A stretch of DNA of 61,599 bases, counting the filler, from Dirinaria sp. TL-2023a (taxonomy: Eukaryota): assembly GCA_051941275.1 (NCBI GenBank). It is 10 parts of 10 records of this genome, joined end to end, with 100 filler letters (N's around TTAATTAATTAA, not from the genome) between each part and the next. Parts side by side here need not be neighbours in the genome. Positions count along the whole stretch, not along the records: positions 1 to 6,099 come from JAVEBF010001539.1; positions 6,200 to 12,295 come from JAVEBF010001540.1; positions 12,396 to 18,483 come from JAVEBF010001541.1; 7 more parts are not named here. One strand, 5' to 3'. Below, piece by piece: positions 1-13,352 of the stretch. The notes under the pieces were generated by a model. That model saw only the letters and a program-made list of their open reading frames with translations. It made no database searches and was not told where the DNA came from. The position numbers and the translations under genes were made by a program. Each line of letters starts with the position of its first letter. Positions within the stretch are counted from its first letter, which is position 1.

Positions 1-179
1 GTGATTGCACGTTTATCCCGGAACATTAATGCGGCTGAATGAAGCGTGATAAATATAGCGCTCTGGTAGCTAGGAATGCAAATGTATCCAAAAAAGGAGA
101 AGAAAAAAGAAAAGAGAGAAAAAAAATCCGCCTTCATGCAAAGCTAGCTTCACAACTCCAAGACTCCTCAGAGACAACT

Positions 180-1750
180 CTAAGAAAGCTTTCCTCCAAC
201 GCTGGTGCATGTAGCTGCTACGCCAGAAGGAGTGACTGTTGTTTTGATGGTAACACTGGAATTCATTAGCGCCGGCCCAGAAGCTCAGGTCATGAACCAA
301 AAACATACGTGGCAGTAAGCGTGACGGTCTTGGTAACAAACCCAAAGAGCACAAGGTCGGTCTTGGTCTTGGTCACCGGGGTTGCAGTCACGGTCACAAC
401 GGCAGAGCTGGAGACACCGCTGAATACCGTGACTGGTGGCGGCGTGCTCGTTGCTGTGGTGGTGACGACGGCTGGAAGAATTAGCTTCGGATTACGGCCG
501 CAGGATTACGGGCAATACTTACTAACGACTGTGACAGTCTTGGCGGGAGCTGTGCTTGTGGAAGTTGTAGTGACATAGTCGGCAGTGTTGGTGTCCGTCA
601 CCGTAATGGTGGGTGCATCTGAGTCCATGTCAGCTTTCGACTCGCCATAGTATTCTCTTATCCTTACCAGGAGCACGCTTATTAACCATACGCTCGGCCC
701 TCTGCTTGAGACGCTGTTCGCGGTCCACTGGCACACGTCTGAATTTAGCACCTGAAGCTGGAGTCTGCAATGCAGCTGCAGTAATAGCTGTCGGCGTGAT
801 GGTAGCAGTGGGATCGGGAGATGTCTGCTTGGCGGGAGTAACGCAGGTAGCTGTACTGGTGCTCGTAACCTTTTTGACGGACAGTGTTGGTTTGGTGATT
901 GTGAGCGTGATCAGCGTTACAGTTTTTGTGACAGTGACTGGAGGCGGCGTTGACGTCACTGTTGGGTGCAGAGTGGTTGAAGGGCTCGTGACGGTAGAAG
1001 GCGGCAGCACCGTGGTACTAGTGGTTGTGCTTGTCGACGTGACATCTGTGGAGACATTATTATACTATGCATGTGAGTGCGGATGGGAAAGTACATACTG
1101 ACGAGTGGGGTGACAGTGAGAGGCAGAGTCACTAAATCTATCAGCACATGTCACGTTGGTTTACTTTGAATGGTATCACCTGTAGGAGTGAACTGAATTA
1201 AAGTCAGCACTAAGCCTATATTGTTTCACGGAAATAACTCACTGTGGTAGTGGCCTGCGGGCCCACGCTTAAGGTGATGTCTCGCTCATAGGCCACTGGA
1301 TCACCATTGCCATTATTGCTGATGATCAGCAAGGACCAAAGACCGCTGAACAAATTGTCCTTTTCGATGGGGCTGAGGGTATCAGTCAGCTAGGGCAAGG
1401 ATTCCATTGGCAGAAACATACCAGGTCGAGAGCTCTGGTGTATCATCAGGCTGAAGGGGGGTGTTGGAGCAGATATATTCATCTCCATTGGGATCAACCA
1501 AAAGGTTATTTGCAATCCCATTTTGGCATCCTGGTTGCAGACTCTGAGCGTATGCCATCATCACATGAGATGGACACTGACCTTCAAATCTGGAGACGAA
1601 CGTGAAGTTGTCTGTGGATAGTGAATTCTGGAAATAGGTGCCTTGGTCTACGAAATCAACACCAAAACTCTCACAAGTTTGAGCCCAGACTTGTGGAACG
1701 AGAAAGAAGGAAGTCAAAGCCAGAAAAGGCTTGTATGTGGCAACGCGCAT
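180..1750 (-). CDS. Secreted Thr-rich (mucin/adhesin-like) hypothetical protein, multi-exon
   Basis: ATG at 1750 gives signal peptide MRVATYKPFLALTSFFLVPQVWA, then a Cys-containing domain (QTCESFGVDFVDQGTYFQNSLSTDNFTFVSRFEG/CQNGIANNLLVDPNGDEYICSNTP) and long Thr/Val-rich tracts with a basic KR-containing linker. Several GT..AG introns. Last exon reads TVTIKTTVTPSGVAATCTSVGGKLS with TAG at 180-182. Confidence 0.75.
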
Positions 1751-2834
1751 GTTGGAAAGACAGACGGGATGAAAGAGTGTTGAGAGAGAAAAAGTGAAGA
1801 GAACGCAGCTTGATGCTGGAGATATAGAAGGAAACCGGCCAAGATGTACTCGCTTCACGGGACCGGGACTCATGCACCGCTACGCGGGAAAGCGAGGGCT
1901 TGGATGAGCTGGATGAGCTGGACTCGTATCGCTGATCCCATTGAAACTCAGCCTGGCTGAATATTGTCGAGTATCTTACAGGATCTCGCACTGATGACTC
2001 TTTCTGTAAAAGCCGCACGCCCGTAGGATTCGATTCAGGCACGGGATCTGACTGTGCAATGGCTGCACCTCGGTAGGAGACGGCCGGAAGCGTTCTCATG
2101 TTTGCCTTCTCCATTGCCATATCCAGACCGATTTAGCGAGGTTTGCAGTGTTGGACGAGACACGACAGAGAGAGAAGAGGGGAAGGTTGAGGGATCGGGT
2201 GGAACAAGGTCACGCCAGAAAAGTATCGTATGTTCTCGATCGAGGCCAGTTGATTGAATGATTGATAACTGGTTCATCCGTCACGTCGGCCAGTCGGCTG
2301 CATATCGGGCCGGTCGGGCTTGGCAGGCCCTTAGCCGCGGCTCAGCAACAACGTTCGACCGTCATGCGGTCGTAGATAAAAGTCCGTCATCCGTCAGTCG
2401 GTCAATCGCCTCCCCTCCAATTATTAAGGACTATCGATTTCCTCAATGCGAAACACAATGGCTGCTTACATAGAATCCATGTTTGTGTCCAATAAACCTC
2501 TGCATGGCACAGTCCCCGAACCAAGCCAGAAAGAGGCAGTACCAGACCCATGGGATTTCTTTGGCTCGCCTAAAATCTCCGAGCCTCCGCTATCTCCTGC
2601 AATCAGCTGCAGGCATCGCTGACCGTCAGACCCGTCAGGGCTGAGGATGAAAGGATCGCTCCCTGTACGAATCTCGTGTCATCTGCTCTATCTTGCAGCC
2701 TAACGCCAAAAATATCCAGTCATCGTCAATACCCATGTCCGACGCTCGTGACAATACAGGGTTCTCCACCACGTGGATCATGCTGCGCTTGTGGCTGCCC
2801 GGGGTTTGCATGGCGGGTAGCAGGATATCAGATC

Positions 2835-2866
2835 AGCAGACAAGCAGACAAGCAGACAAGCAGACA
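2835..2866. repeat. Perfect tandem repeat (AGCAGACA)x4 upstream of the laccase
   Basis: Four exact 8-bp copies read directly, about 315 bp before the laccase ATG. Confidence 0.9.
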
Positions 2867-3181
2867 GCGCCGCAACATACGATTGAACATGCCCGGCTAC
2901 TGACAGCCTTGGCCCTCCGGAAACTGTTCCTGCATTCGTATTCGATTCGATTCAACGGCTGAGCCACGGTCTGGATTTCCGTGCTGTTCCGTGGTCCTGT
3001 TCCGCGGGCTGTCAAGCTTGGTAAGTGTCTCGCGTGCTCCTTTTTGGGATGGAGCTCCTAGTCCAAGGCTTTCCTATTTCCTATATATGGAGCCATCTGA
3101 TGGCTCAGTCTCCTTCCTTTTCATCTGCATTCGCTCTCTGACTTTCTCTGTGCTCTCGTTCAAAAATTTGAATCGTTAGCT

Positions 3182-5128
3182 ATGCGTACCCAACTTTCGT
3201 TAAGTTTGTTCGCTCTGTCGTGCTTTTCTTCGGTCTCTCTTGGAAAACACATTCCACCTCAAAATATCCTCTGGGGTAACAAAGGCCCAGCTGGAGCGAC
3301 CCTCATACCTGTCTCCAAAACCAAATCCACGCCAGCCCCGGTGGTGGAAGAGCGAGACACCGTATGTACGAATGGCCCCACCACACGAAGCTGCTGGCAA
3401 AGCGGGTATAGTGTAGCCACGGACTTTGATGCCAAGTGGCCTACAACCGGGAGAACCGTTTCAGTGAGTACCCTTTGCACCCTCCCTCGTTGAATTGAGG
3501 AAATTTCTCATACCAGCGGTATTGATTTGATCTACTTAGGTCAATCTCGAAATTACCAATGGAACATGTAATCCTGATGGCCACGGTCCGCAACAATGCC
3601 AGCTGGTCAACGGTCAATTTCCAGGCCCGACCATCATAGCCAGTAAGTCATCCCTATGATTCGTTGAATAGAATGAAAAAAGTAATATCTTGAAGACTGG
3701 GGCGACAGACTCTCTGTGACTCTCAAAAATTCCTTGCAAAACAATGGCACAGGAATACACTGGCACGGTATTCGACAACTAGGCTCGACTGGAATGGACG
3801 GCGTTCCCGGTATTACTGAATGCCCACTTGCACCGGGCGAAACCAAGAACTACAATTTCCAGCTTACCCAGTACGGCACAACGTGGTACCACAGCCATTA
3901 CTCGGCTCAATACGGTATGGGCGTCCTTGGAGGCCTGCTCATCAATGGCCCAGCTTCTTCGAACTATGACATCGATCTGGGAACGTATACGGTCGGTGAC
4001 TGGTACTATAAAACAGCCTACCAAATGGACGACATTGCCAACCTTGACCTACAAAAAGGGGCAGGCCCCCCTCCTAGCGATACTATTCTCGTTAATGGTA
4101 CCAACAAGGACGCTGCTGGTGCTGGTAAATATGGTAAAGTAACCCTGACCAAGGGTAAAAAGTACTTACTACGAATAATCAACACCTCCACGGACGCCCA
4201 AATCCGAGTGCAGCTCGATGGGCACAACATGACCTTGGTTACCTCGGACTTGGTACCCATCAAGCCCCTCACAGTCAACACGCTTCTGCTCGGAATTGGC
4301 CAACGCTACAACGTGATCATCGAAGCCAACCAAGCCGTCAATAACTACTGGTTCCGCGCCATCGCCGAGACCAACTGCGTAAGCGCCTCTAATCTCCCCG
4401 GCCAGAGTATCTTCAGCTACACCGGTGCACCAGCAGGAGACCCCACTACCACCGCTGCGGCCGGCCCAGGTAACTGCAACGAACCGGGACCCCTGGTACC
4501 CTGGGTGCCGAATAACGTGCCCCAGGGCACCTTTAGCAACCAAGCCAAAGTACTCAACGTGAGCCTACACCAAGAAGGCGCAACGACCAACAACCAGAAC
4601 CTCGTCGTCTGGGGCATCGGCACTGGGGCCATCGACGTCGATTGGGAGAAGCCTATCCTGACCTACGTAGAGGAGGGCAACACCAGCTACCCAATCTCAG
4701 AGAACCTGATCGAGCTGCCCACGCCGGGGATCTGGACATACTGGATCATCCAGCAGGTCTCCGCCGCCCCTCCGATCCCTCACCCGATGCATCTCCACGG
4801 CCACGACTTCTACGTCCTCGGCCAGGGCACCGGCACCTTCTCCAATAGCTCCATCAGCTCGCTCACCTTCACGAACCCGACCCGCCGGGACGTGGCCTTC
4901 TTGCCTAGCAAAGGCTGGCTCGTGATCGCGTTCCCGACGGACAACCCGGGTGCCTGGCTCATGCACTGCCACATCGGTTTCCACATCAGTGAGGGTTTGG
5001 GCGTACAATTTTTGGAGAGCAAGAGCCAGTTCCCGCCGTTCCCTGCCGATTATGATAAGACCTGCGCGGACTATAACGCATATTACAATAATGACCCGGT
5101 TTATAAAAAGAATGATTCCGGGTTGTAA
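3182..5128 (+). CDS. Secreted ascomycete laccase / multicopper oxidase (AA1), about 605 aa, 3 exons
   Basis: Exons 3182-3463, 3540-3642, 3696-5128 splice in frame. Signal peptide plus propeptide. All four Cu motifs present: HWHG, WYHSHY, HPMHLHGH, HCHIGFHISEGL. Ends in the ascomycete laccase C-terminal DSGL. Confidence 0.96.
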
Positions 5129-6099
5129 TGCCTGGTCGCCTTTGTAGAAGAAAGGGGGGGATGGTGGAGGCAAGAGAGTGGTTGAAGCCAGGACGGAGAG
5201 GGTGTCGAAAGTGAGGGGGGGAAAAGGGGGAACAGAAGTGAGATCCGCACTGATACAGGCTTATCGGTGTTGTCGCTGCATTGGGCGGTGTTTCGCATAT
5301 TGGGTTGAGAAGCGAGAGGGGTTGTTTTCCACTTTCTGGTACATGGAACGTTTGATAGGTTCTCCTTTCGTTTCTCCTGTTCTATTCTGTATTATCAGCT
5401 TGATTTTTGTGGTGGCTATTCTTGTTCGAGGGTGTATTCTATTCAATTCTATCATCAAAGTGTATGCTCGCTATCTTGGTTGGAGTGGGAAAAGGTGTTG
5501 ATTTTCATCATTCTATATTTTGATCATTTTGGTACATCTGAAATTGATAGTGTTCTTCCCGTTTCCTTCCATTATTTTCTTGTATGACTAAGTTGATATT
5601 ATTGTCCAGGAGGTGTTCAAGCTGTTATGGCTATCGTCGAAGTACATGCATTTTGACGCCACCCCACCCCACTCTCTTTTTCTATCTTCATTCACTCTGA
5701 CGGAGATAGATAATACTGTCCCATGAAATCAGACATAACCCGTTTATGTAAACATTTCCTGAGCAGCCAGCATTGACGGGCACTATGTAGATCTACGTAT
5801 TGTATTATACCGATATGAGAAGGAAGGGTTTACTACTGCGTAAGCTAAGGTGTGGATGGGATACTTATAACTGAGTAAGGTTATGTCGATTTGGTTTGAT
5901 GGAGGTATGGATTTCTACTGCGGGAATTGATATATCATACCCTCTCGCTGTGTATTGTGTAGTATGACGTTTGTGAGAAGTGATGTTTGAGGTGGTGGGT
6001 TATAGATCGTTTTCTACTTTTTTTTTTTTTTTTTTTTTTAATGCTTTTTTTTTTGATAGGTGGGGTGAATTGAATTTTGATTTTTTAAATTTCCCCCTT

Positions 6100-6199
6100 N
6101 NNNNNNNNNNNNNNNNNNNNNNNNNNNNNNNNNNNNNNNNNNNTTAATTAATTAANNNNNNNNNNNNNNNNNNNNNNNNNNNNNNNNNNNNNNNNNNNN
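6100..6199. other. Artificial contig spacer
   Basis: N44-TTAATTAATTAA-N44; stop codons in all six frames. Confidence 0.98.
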
Positions 6200-6654
6200 G
6201 AGCCCGTTGGTGGAGACTCTTCAGAAGAAAGCTGGATCTAGCTACTTATTGACTTCCGCTGGTCTACTACGTTGAAGGGTTGCTACCCACAACGCCCATC
6301 CATGATGCCCTAGCTCGTAGCTCTTGCACACTGCCCTTACTCCACCATGTCCTCCGACATCTCCGGATTGTCTAGCTGCGGTCTATAAGCCTTCGTTAGC
6401 AGAGTCCAATGAGGCAAACAGCTACTTTTTCGGGAATCGTATATATCGTTCGTATATATATGCATTCTTGGGATCGTGTTTCAAAGCCACAGCGAAAAGA
6501 GGCTTGGAACAGGGAGGAGGCTGTCAATTACCCGACCAGAAGGATTTGCTTGGGAGAACGGAAGACCAGGATTATTGCCTAGAGAGGCCGAAATTTGCAA
6601 GCTACGTGGAGGAGACCGCCGTCTGCGTATCGTACAACCCATGCTCCATAGTAC

Positions 6655-8459
6655 TCACACTCCAGTCTTGAAATTCGCACCAGCACGAGAACTCTTGAGG
6701 ACCTTCTGGACTTGTTCTTCGACGCTGTCCCAATCGCTGTTGTCCAGGCGTTGGAGCTGGATGTTGAAATACTCTGCAATGGCGCTGAGAGCTCGGAAGG
6801 CACGATGGCCGTGAATCAAACTGATCGACACACCGACCCGTCCAAAACGTCCCGTACGCCCGATCCGGTGCAAATACGTCTGAGGGTCAGGGTTTCCATT
6901 CATGTCCAGCGGAATATCCTGTCGTAGATAAGTACATTCAAATGGCACTTAAAGGGTCCCTGGTCTTAAACGTACATAATTGATGACGAGAGAAACGGTC
7001 TGCACATCAATGCCCCGGGCGAGGACATTGGTCGCTATCAGGACCTTTGCTTTGCCGTCACGGAAAGCGTCGATGATCACATCACGCTGATTACCCTCAT
7101 ATTCACCCGTCAAGCAAGCGACTTGGTGACCTTCTGCTGTAAGGCGGTCGGTGATTTCGGTAGCGCTGGCGCGTGTCTGCAATCTAGATCAATCCTGTTG
7201 GGACTAGCACGATCTGGAATCAGACTAACCTTGACAAAGATGATTGACGAGCCGATAGTCATCATGCCATAGAGTCTGACAAGACACTCAAATTTCTGCT
7301 GTTCCGAGTTACAATCGAGGTAAAGTTGGCGGATGCCTTCGACAGTGAGTTCTTCGTGCTTGAGCGTAATCTGATTGGCATTCGGAGCGAACTTGGTCGC
7401 AAAGGTAACGACGTTGTCCGGGAAAGTGGCCGAGAATAGCACAATTTGGATGTCTTTGGATAACAAGCTTGCTAAAGGTTAGTTGGGCACTTCAAGGTGT
7501 CTTCGCAAGGACCTACTTCTTGACGCGGAGGCACTGATCACCCAGCCCTTGCATATCCAGCATATTGTCGGCCTCGTCGAGCACTAGCACCTTAATGTCG
7601 GTGGGGTTGAGTAAGCGCTTACGGATCATATCCATAGTCGTGCCAGGAGTACCGACGACGATCTGCGCTCTGACGGGCTGGTTGCGATTGCCTCGTTCTG
7701 TAGGGATCGAGGCAGCTATCTTTACATTATCGATAAACTGGCTCATGACTTCGAACACGCCGATGATCTGACGAGCCAGCTCCCGAGTCGGAGCAAGTAC
7801 CAGAGCCTGGGGACGAACTTCGCCTATGAAGTCAACGCGCGTTAGGCAGTTGAGAACGAAGGCGGCGGTCTTGCCGGTGCCGGACTGCGACTGCCCAATC
7901 ATATTTTTGGGTGGATTCATCATCAGGAGCGGCAACGCTTTCTCTTGGATTTTCGATGGTTTGACAAATCTCATCTGGGTAATCCCTTTGATAAGGGGGG
8001 CCGCTCTGGACGACATGAGGGACAATTCAAGAGACGCCGCAGTGTGTCAAGGACTTACAGATTAAGCTCTTCAAAGCTCTTCACTGAATACAGGGGGTTG
8101 TTAGGGTCTGCCTGGATATCGTTGAGTTTAACATCGACGTCGTAGCTGGGTTCGTAGACTCCAGCCGTTCCGTTGGCAAATTCTCCAGCTCCGTCATTTT
8201 GAGCTTTGAGGAGGTCATCTTCGGTCCCTTTACCATCCACTGGCCCTGCTGGGAGAGGATTAGCATCAACTGGAGAGTTGACTTCGTCCGCCCATGAACG
8301 TGGTTGGCCTGGTATGAAAGGGGGAGCTGTTGCTTTCATACCGTCGGAAGTCGAGGGATTCGGAGATTCCTCTTGATTGGCAGCAGCCGGAGCTTCCTTG
8401 GACTCTGGCATGGTGATTCGAGATTCCAGGGAGGGCACCTTTGTTTTATCGTCTGCCAT
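6655..8459 (-). CDS. DBP5: DEAD-box RNA helicase Dbp5 (mRNA export), multi-exon
   Basis: N-terminal [81 protein letters not shown], spread over ORFs separated by short introns. Confidence 0.96.
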
Positions 8460-9107
8460 GGCTCGAACGACACGGCCAAGTCAAGGCTCGTGTCTGAGAA
8501 ATATGGAGATGAAAGCTGGGAGGTACAGATAGTAAAGGAAGGCCCCGATAGACAGATGAGACGCCCACGGTGGGAGTTTAGGAAGAAGTGTAAGAAAGGA
8601 AAGTCTACAGTTCAGGAGTTGCAGAAGTGAAAGATGGACGGTTCAACTGGCCATGAGTGGGGTGAGTATCCTGTCCAGTGGCTTGGCAGCCAAAGCAGGC
8701 TTCCAGCTCTAAGACCGATTAGAATTAGTCTGTGTCTTCTGCGAATTGCATCTGGCTACAATATATGGGATTCAAGCGAGTATTAGTGCTTTTTTTTTGT
8801 GTCTGAGTTGGTGAAGAGAGCAGCAATACTATTATGATTTTTGCACATCAATAGCAGTACCTCAAGGAGGTATGGTGAACTATCTTAGGCTAGCTCCGGG
8901 TGGAAGAGGATCAATAATTCGCCGGTACTCTTGGTGCTTCAGTTAGTCCTCAATCAACCCCTCCATGCCTCATTGGATGCTGCACATATGACACAATACA
9001 CATGTACTTCTGAAAGTACCTTCAATCATTATCAACAAATGCAACTGTGTTACTGTCTATGCCTGAGGTTTACCCGCATTCGAATGGATTATGCATGAAT
9101 CCCGGCT

Positions 9108-11732
9108 ATGGCAGATGTCGATAGCGCCCCTAGTCTTGGGGCTGGGTTGAAGGTACTTAGCTTCGGAGCATCTCTCATTCCTCCTGAAAGACTCTTTTAG
9201 CAAATACTAATGTGCGCTGCTCTTATAGGATGGCTTCAAGCCGACTAACGCGTGGGTAAGATTCCTGCGCCGGTACCTCGAACCATCTATGGGCACCAGG
9301 TGGAATATAGACTTACTGTCGCCAAGGTCTTCAACGGAATTGCATGGCTGGACGACATCCAACAATTCTACCGCGAACGGGCTACAATAGAGAAGGAATA
9401 TAGCTCTAAGCTGTATGGACTGGCAAAGAGGAATTTTGAGAAGAAAGCCAAGAGGTCGAGTAATTTAAGCGTAGGGGACACTCCGAGCTTGACGCCTGGA
9501 TCCCTTGAGAGGTAGGGGCGCTTCTGCGTGATCCAGGTACAAACAGTTACTCAAAGGTCGGGGTACCAGTGCTTCCTTGACTACCTGGACGACCCAACTT
9601 TCAACCCTGGAGGCACGTGCTGCCGAACACGAGCGCTACTCATCCGAGCTGCTGACTCAAGTTGCCGAACCTCTGCGCGTTCTCGCCTCCCGATATGAAG
9701 AGCTGCGAAAGAGCCATGCCGAGTATGCAGGCAAGCTGGAAAGGGATAGGGACAGTGCGTATAGTGACCTGAGGAAGCAGAAGGGACGGTACGACGGCTC
9801 TTGTCAGGAGGTAGAAAACAGGAGGAAAAAGGCGGAGTCGGCATTTGACCACGGCAAGGGTAAAGCGCAAAATGCCTATCAACAGCAGGTCACGGAAATG
9901 CACAATGTCAAGGTAAGTCAGATAGCAATTTTCCAGTGCTGCCACAGCTACATCTAACAGTGCCAGAATACGTACATCATTGGCATCAATGTGACGAACA
10001 AGCAGAAAGAGCGATACTATCACGAATACGTGCCGGATCTGTTAGATGTAAGCATATCTGTCGGTAGCTTATTATTCCAGTCCTTCACTGATCTTTATAC
10101 AGAGCCTCCAAGACCTTTCTGAAACCAGGGTCGCAAAGGTCAATTCTCTGTGGTTGCAGGCTGCGCAGCTGGAGGATTTGACGCTTTCGCGGAGCAAGGA
10201 ACATCTGCAGCATTTGAGCTCGGAGATCCCACGTAATGACCCACGACTAGACTCCCAGATGTTTATCCAGCATAACGCAGCTCCATGGCAGGAACCCTTA
10301 GACATGGTATTTGAACCAAGCCCAGTCTGGCTTGATGACAGCGCGATGGCAACTGACGAGATGGCGAAAATATTTCTCAGAAACGTGCTGGGCAAGAGCA
10401 AAGGCCAACTGAAGGAGCTCAATCAGGAAGCCCATAGCAAGAGAAAAGAGGTCGAGAACGTCAAACGAATACGGCAAAATATTAGGGAAGGGAAAGACAA
10501 GAGGGATGAGGTCGAGCTCGTCCGAGCCATGTTTGCCATGCACGAAGACCTTCAACAAACCGAGCGAAAGCGCTTGACGGCGGAGATCGAGACGACCACC
10601 ATCACGTCCGCCGTCGGCGATGTATCACTAGGCGCGCAGAATCACCAATTCAAGCCGCAAACCTTCAAGATCCCTACCAACTGCGATCTTTGTGGGGAAA
10701 GAATATGGGGCCTTTCAGCCAAGGGCTTCGACTGCCGCGACTGCGGTTACACATGCCACAGTAAATGCGAGATGAAGGTTCCCGCAGAATGTCCAGGCGA
10801 ACAGTCCAAGGACGAGAAGAAGAGATTGAAAGCGGAACGTCAAGCCGCCTCGAACACGATCATCTCGGCTGCGAACGGTAGCCATCCCGAGGGTGTTTCT
10901 GAGCTCCCGGATCTAAGCAGGAGCAATACAATGAATTCGCTCAGCTCGGGGTACGCCGCGAGCGCGAATCGATCTGTTTCAGGATTACCGGGCAAGCCCG
11001 CAAACGAGGACGTGACTTCAGAATCAAGCGCCTCTCAGCCTGCCACCAACAAGTTGACCACGCCTCGAAGAAACCGCGTCGTAGCGCCTCCACCCACACA
11101 CTATGTCAGCGATACAGGAGCCGTAGAGCTCGACGGTGCAAGCCGTCCCTCGGTGTCGAACCCCACAGAAGTCCGTGGCAAGATGCTCTATCCCTACCAA
11201 GCAACGGGCGAGGGCGAGGTGTCCGTGGAAGAAGGCCGCGAAGTCACCGTGGTGGAGCAGGACGGTACAGTCTTCCACCTCTCTCAGGGTAGCTTCAATG
11301 ACTAACAGTATCCACCTTCTCGCAGACGGCTCCGGCTGGCTTACAGTCCGCATCTCTCCCACGACCAGCGGCCTCGTGCCAGCCACATACCTAGAGCAAC
11401 TATCACCACCACCACCAGCAACCAGCATCCCGCCGGCGCCGGCGCCAGACAGACCGGTATCGACGTACAGCTCCTCCTCCTCCGTCGCCGGCGGCGGCAG
11501 CAGCACCGTCGGGAAGAAGAAGGGCCCCGCCGTGGCCCCCAAACGCGGCGCCCGCAAACTGAAGTACGTTGAGGCGCTGTATGATTACGAGGCCCGCAGC
11601 GACGCGGAGCACAGCATGGCCGAGGGCGAGCGGTTCGTGCTCGTGGCCCAGGACGCCGGGGACGGTTGGGCGGAGGTGGAGAGCGGCGGCGTCACGAAGA
11701 GCGTGCCGGCGAATTATATAAGGGAGATTTGA
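9108..11732 (+). CDS. BZZ1: Bzz1 actin-patch protein (F-BAR, C1, two SH3 domains), multi-exon
   Basis: ATG at 9108 (MADVDSAPSLGAGLK/DGFKPTNAW/VFNGIAWLDDIQQFYRERATIEKEYS, FCH/F-BAR). C1 zinc finger HQFKPQTFKIPTNCDLCGERIWG..CRDCGYTCHSKC. SH3 motifs KMLYPY..GLVPATY and EALYDY..GW..VPANYI. Confidence 0.93.
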
Positions 11733-12295
11733 GGGGCTGGAGGATTGGTAGATGGGGATGCAACTTTTTTGTGAGAGAGGGAGGGAGAGAGAGAAGGAAA
11801 GGCAAAGGCAGTGAGCGTGTGCAGTGTGCGTGTATGCAGCTATCATTGATTGATTGATTGCCCTGATGAGTGATTGGGGCAGCCAAACATGAGCGAATGG
11901 ATGGATGGGACTAATGTGTGTGTGTGTGTAAGTAAGTAAGTAGTGGTCTTCGACACCTGCCAAAAATGACGTGTCTGTCGTGTAGTGTCGTATTTCATCA
12001 TAGCTGGCTTACCTTACTTTTGATATTGTAAGTTTCGAATGACTGAAGGGAAGTCTTAAAGAGACTTTTCTCAGGGGCAGGGCAAGTGATGATGTGACTG
12101 TTTTCTTAGACTGTGAGATATAGATAAAGAAAAAAGAATATCAAATCTGGAAGCAGTAGCAGTAGCACCCCTCCGAGCTTGCAGCTTGATATTGCAGCTA
12201 AGATAGGCAAGTTAGGTATCACAGCATAAAAATCGAATATTAATCAGCCATATCATGGAGTTAAGTCTATTGTTTTTTGTTTGTTTTTGGTTTCC

Positions 12296-12395
12296 NNNNN
12301 NNNNNNNNNNNNNNNNNNNNNNNNNNNNNNNNNNNNNNNTTAATTAATTAANNNNNNNNNNNNNNNNNNNNNNNNNNNNNNNNNNNNNNNNNNNN
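12296..12395. other. Artificial contig spacer
   Basis: N44-TTAATTAATTAA-N44. Confidence 0.98.
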
Positions 12396-12416
12396 CACCC
12401 GCCCCATCACACAAAA

Positions 12417-12758
12417 ATGTCCTTCGCAGCAGCCCTCCTCCTCCCCCGCGAATGGACCTGCACTGACCCGTCCACCTGGGCCGAGGACCCGGACAAAGGC
12501 TACAGCTGCCCCAACTCTTCCCCCCCAGGCCCACACTGGGACGACCACAGCGGCGGCGGCATATCCATCGGCGCCATCGTCACAATCGTCGTCATCGTGC
12601 TCGTGCTGCTGGCTCTTTGTGGGTTTGGGGTGTGGTGTATTATGAAGCGCCGGAATGGTGGTGCTGGTGGTGGTGGGGGGGAAGCGGGGATCGTGGGTCG
12701 GATGATGGTGAAGTTGAGGGCGAAGAAGGGGAATGAGACTGAGATGTCGGGTGTTTGA
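12417..12758 (+). CDS. Small single-pass membrane protein (113 aa), hypothetical
   Basis: Good start context (cacaaaaATG). Short two-Cys ectodomain, strong TM helix ISIGAIVTIVVIVLVLLALCGFGVWCIM followed by KRR stop-transfer. Lies 21 bp from the contig start, so it may be 5' partial. Confidence 0.6.
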   Translation: MSFAAALLLPREWTCTDPSTWAEDPDKGYSCPNSSPPGPHWDDHSGGGISIGAIVTIVVIVLVLLALCGFGVWCIMKRRNGGAGGGGGEAGIVGRMMVKLRAKKGNETEMSGV

Positions 12759-13352
12759 ATGAGGGACTGGAGCGCTTGGGAGGGCGGGGCTGGTGGAGGT
12801 ACCTTAGGGAGTTGGTGGATGGTAGGTGGTGGTGGTTAGTTGTGTTGGGGGGAGTGAGTGATTGAAGGATTGAAGGATGGAGAGAGAGCATGGGTGAAAA
12901 GCGGAGTGTAGTTATTGTGAAGTGGAGTTCAAGAGATTTGGTGTATTTTTGGATTCAAGGATTGATGAAACAGGGTGAATTAAGCTGCATTTTTCCATCA
13001 CCGTGCGTAGGAAAAATTTTTGTGATGTGCTCTTTTTACTTTTATGTGATGGCTGCTTGAATACGGAGGGTGATATATTATGCGGGCAGAGCGCTCGAAT
13101 CCAAATGCAAAACACTTCCAGACTCGGTTCGATTTCCTGAAGCTTCGTGCGTGCTGAATGACGGAAAGTGAGAACAGTGCACAGTTTAGGTCAGATTCAA
13201 GGAGAGCTTGAAGAATTCAGTCCGAAAGAAATAAAAGCAGGTATAGAACAGTAAGGGAGGAAAAAAAAGCCCAGTAATCACGTTCTGGGCGCTGAAGTAT
13301 TGCGGATCCTGACGATTATTCGGTAGACAGAATCGTACCTTAGCTTTGAACA

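Noticed and set aside
309..1101. Val-rich hydrophobic plus-strand ORFs
   Set aside because: Antisense mirror of the Thr-rich minus-strand gene.
2835..2866. (AGCAGACA)x4 as a copper-response element for the laccase
   Set aside because: Does not match the Ace1, Mac1 or MRE consensus well; simple slippage is enough to explain it.
3779..5173. Long antisense and alternate-frame ORFs over the laccase (likewise over BZZ1, PUB1, BCS1-like and flavohemoglobin)
   Set aside because: Expected shadows of GC-rich codon usage; no motifs or independent gene signals.
8460..9107. DBP5-BZZ1 divergent pair as a functional module
   Set aside because: Unrelated housekeeping functions; head-to-head layout is common in compact fungal genomes.
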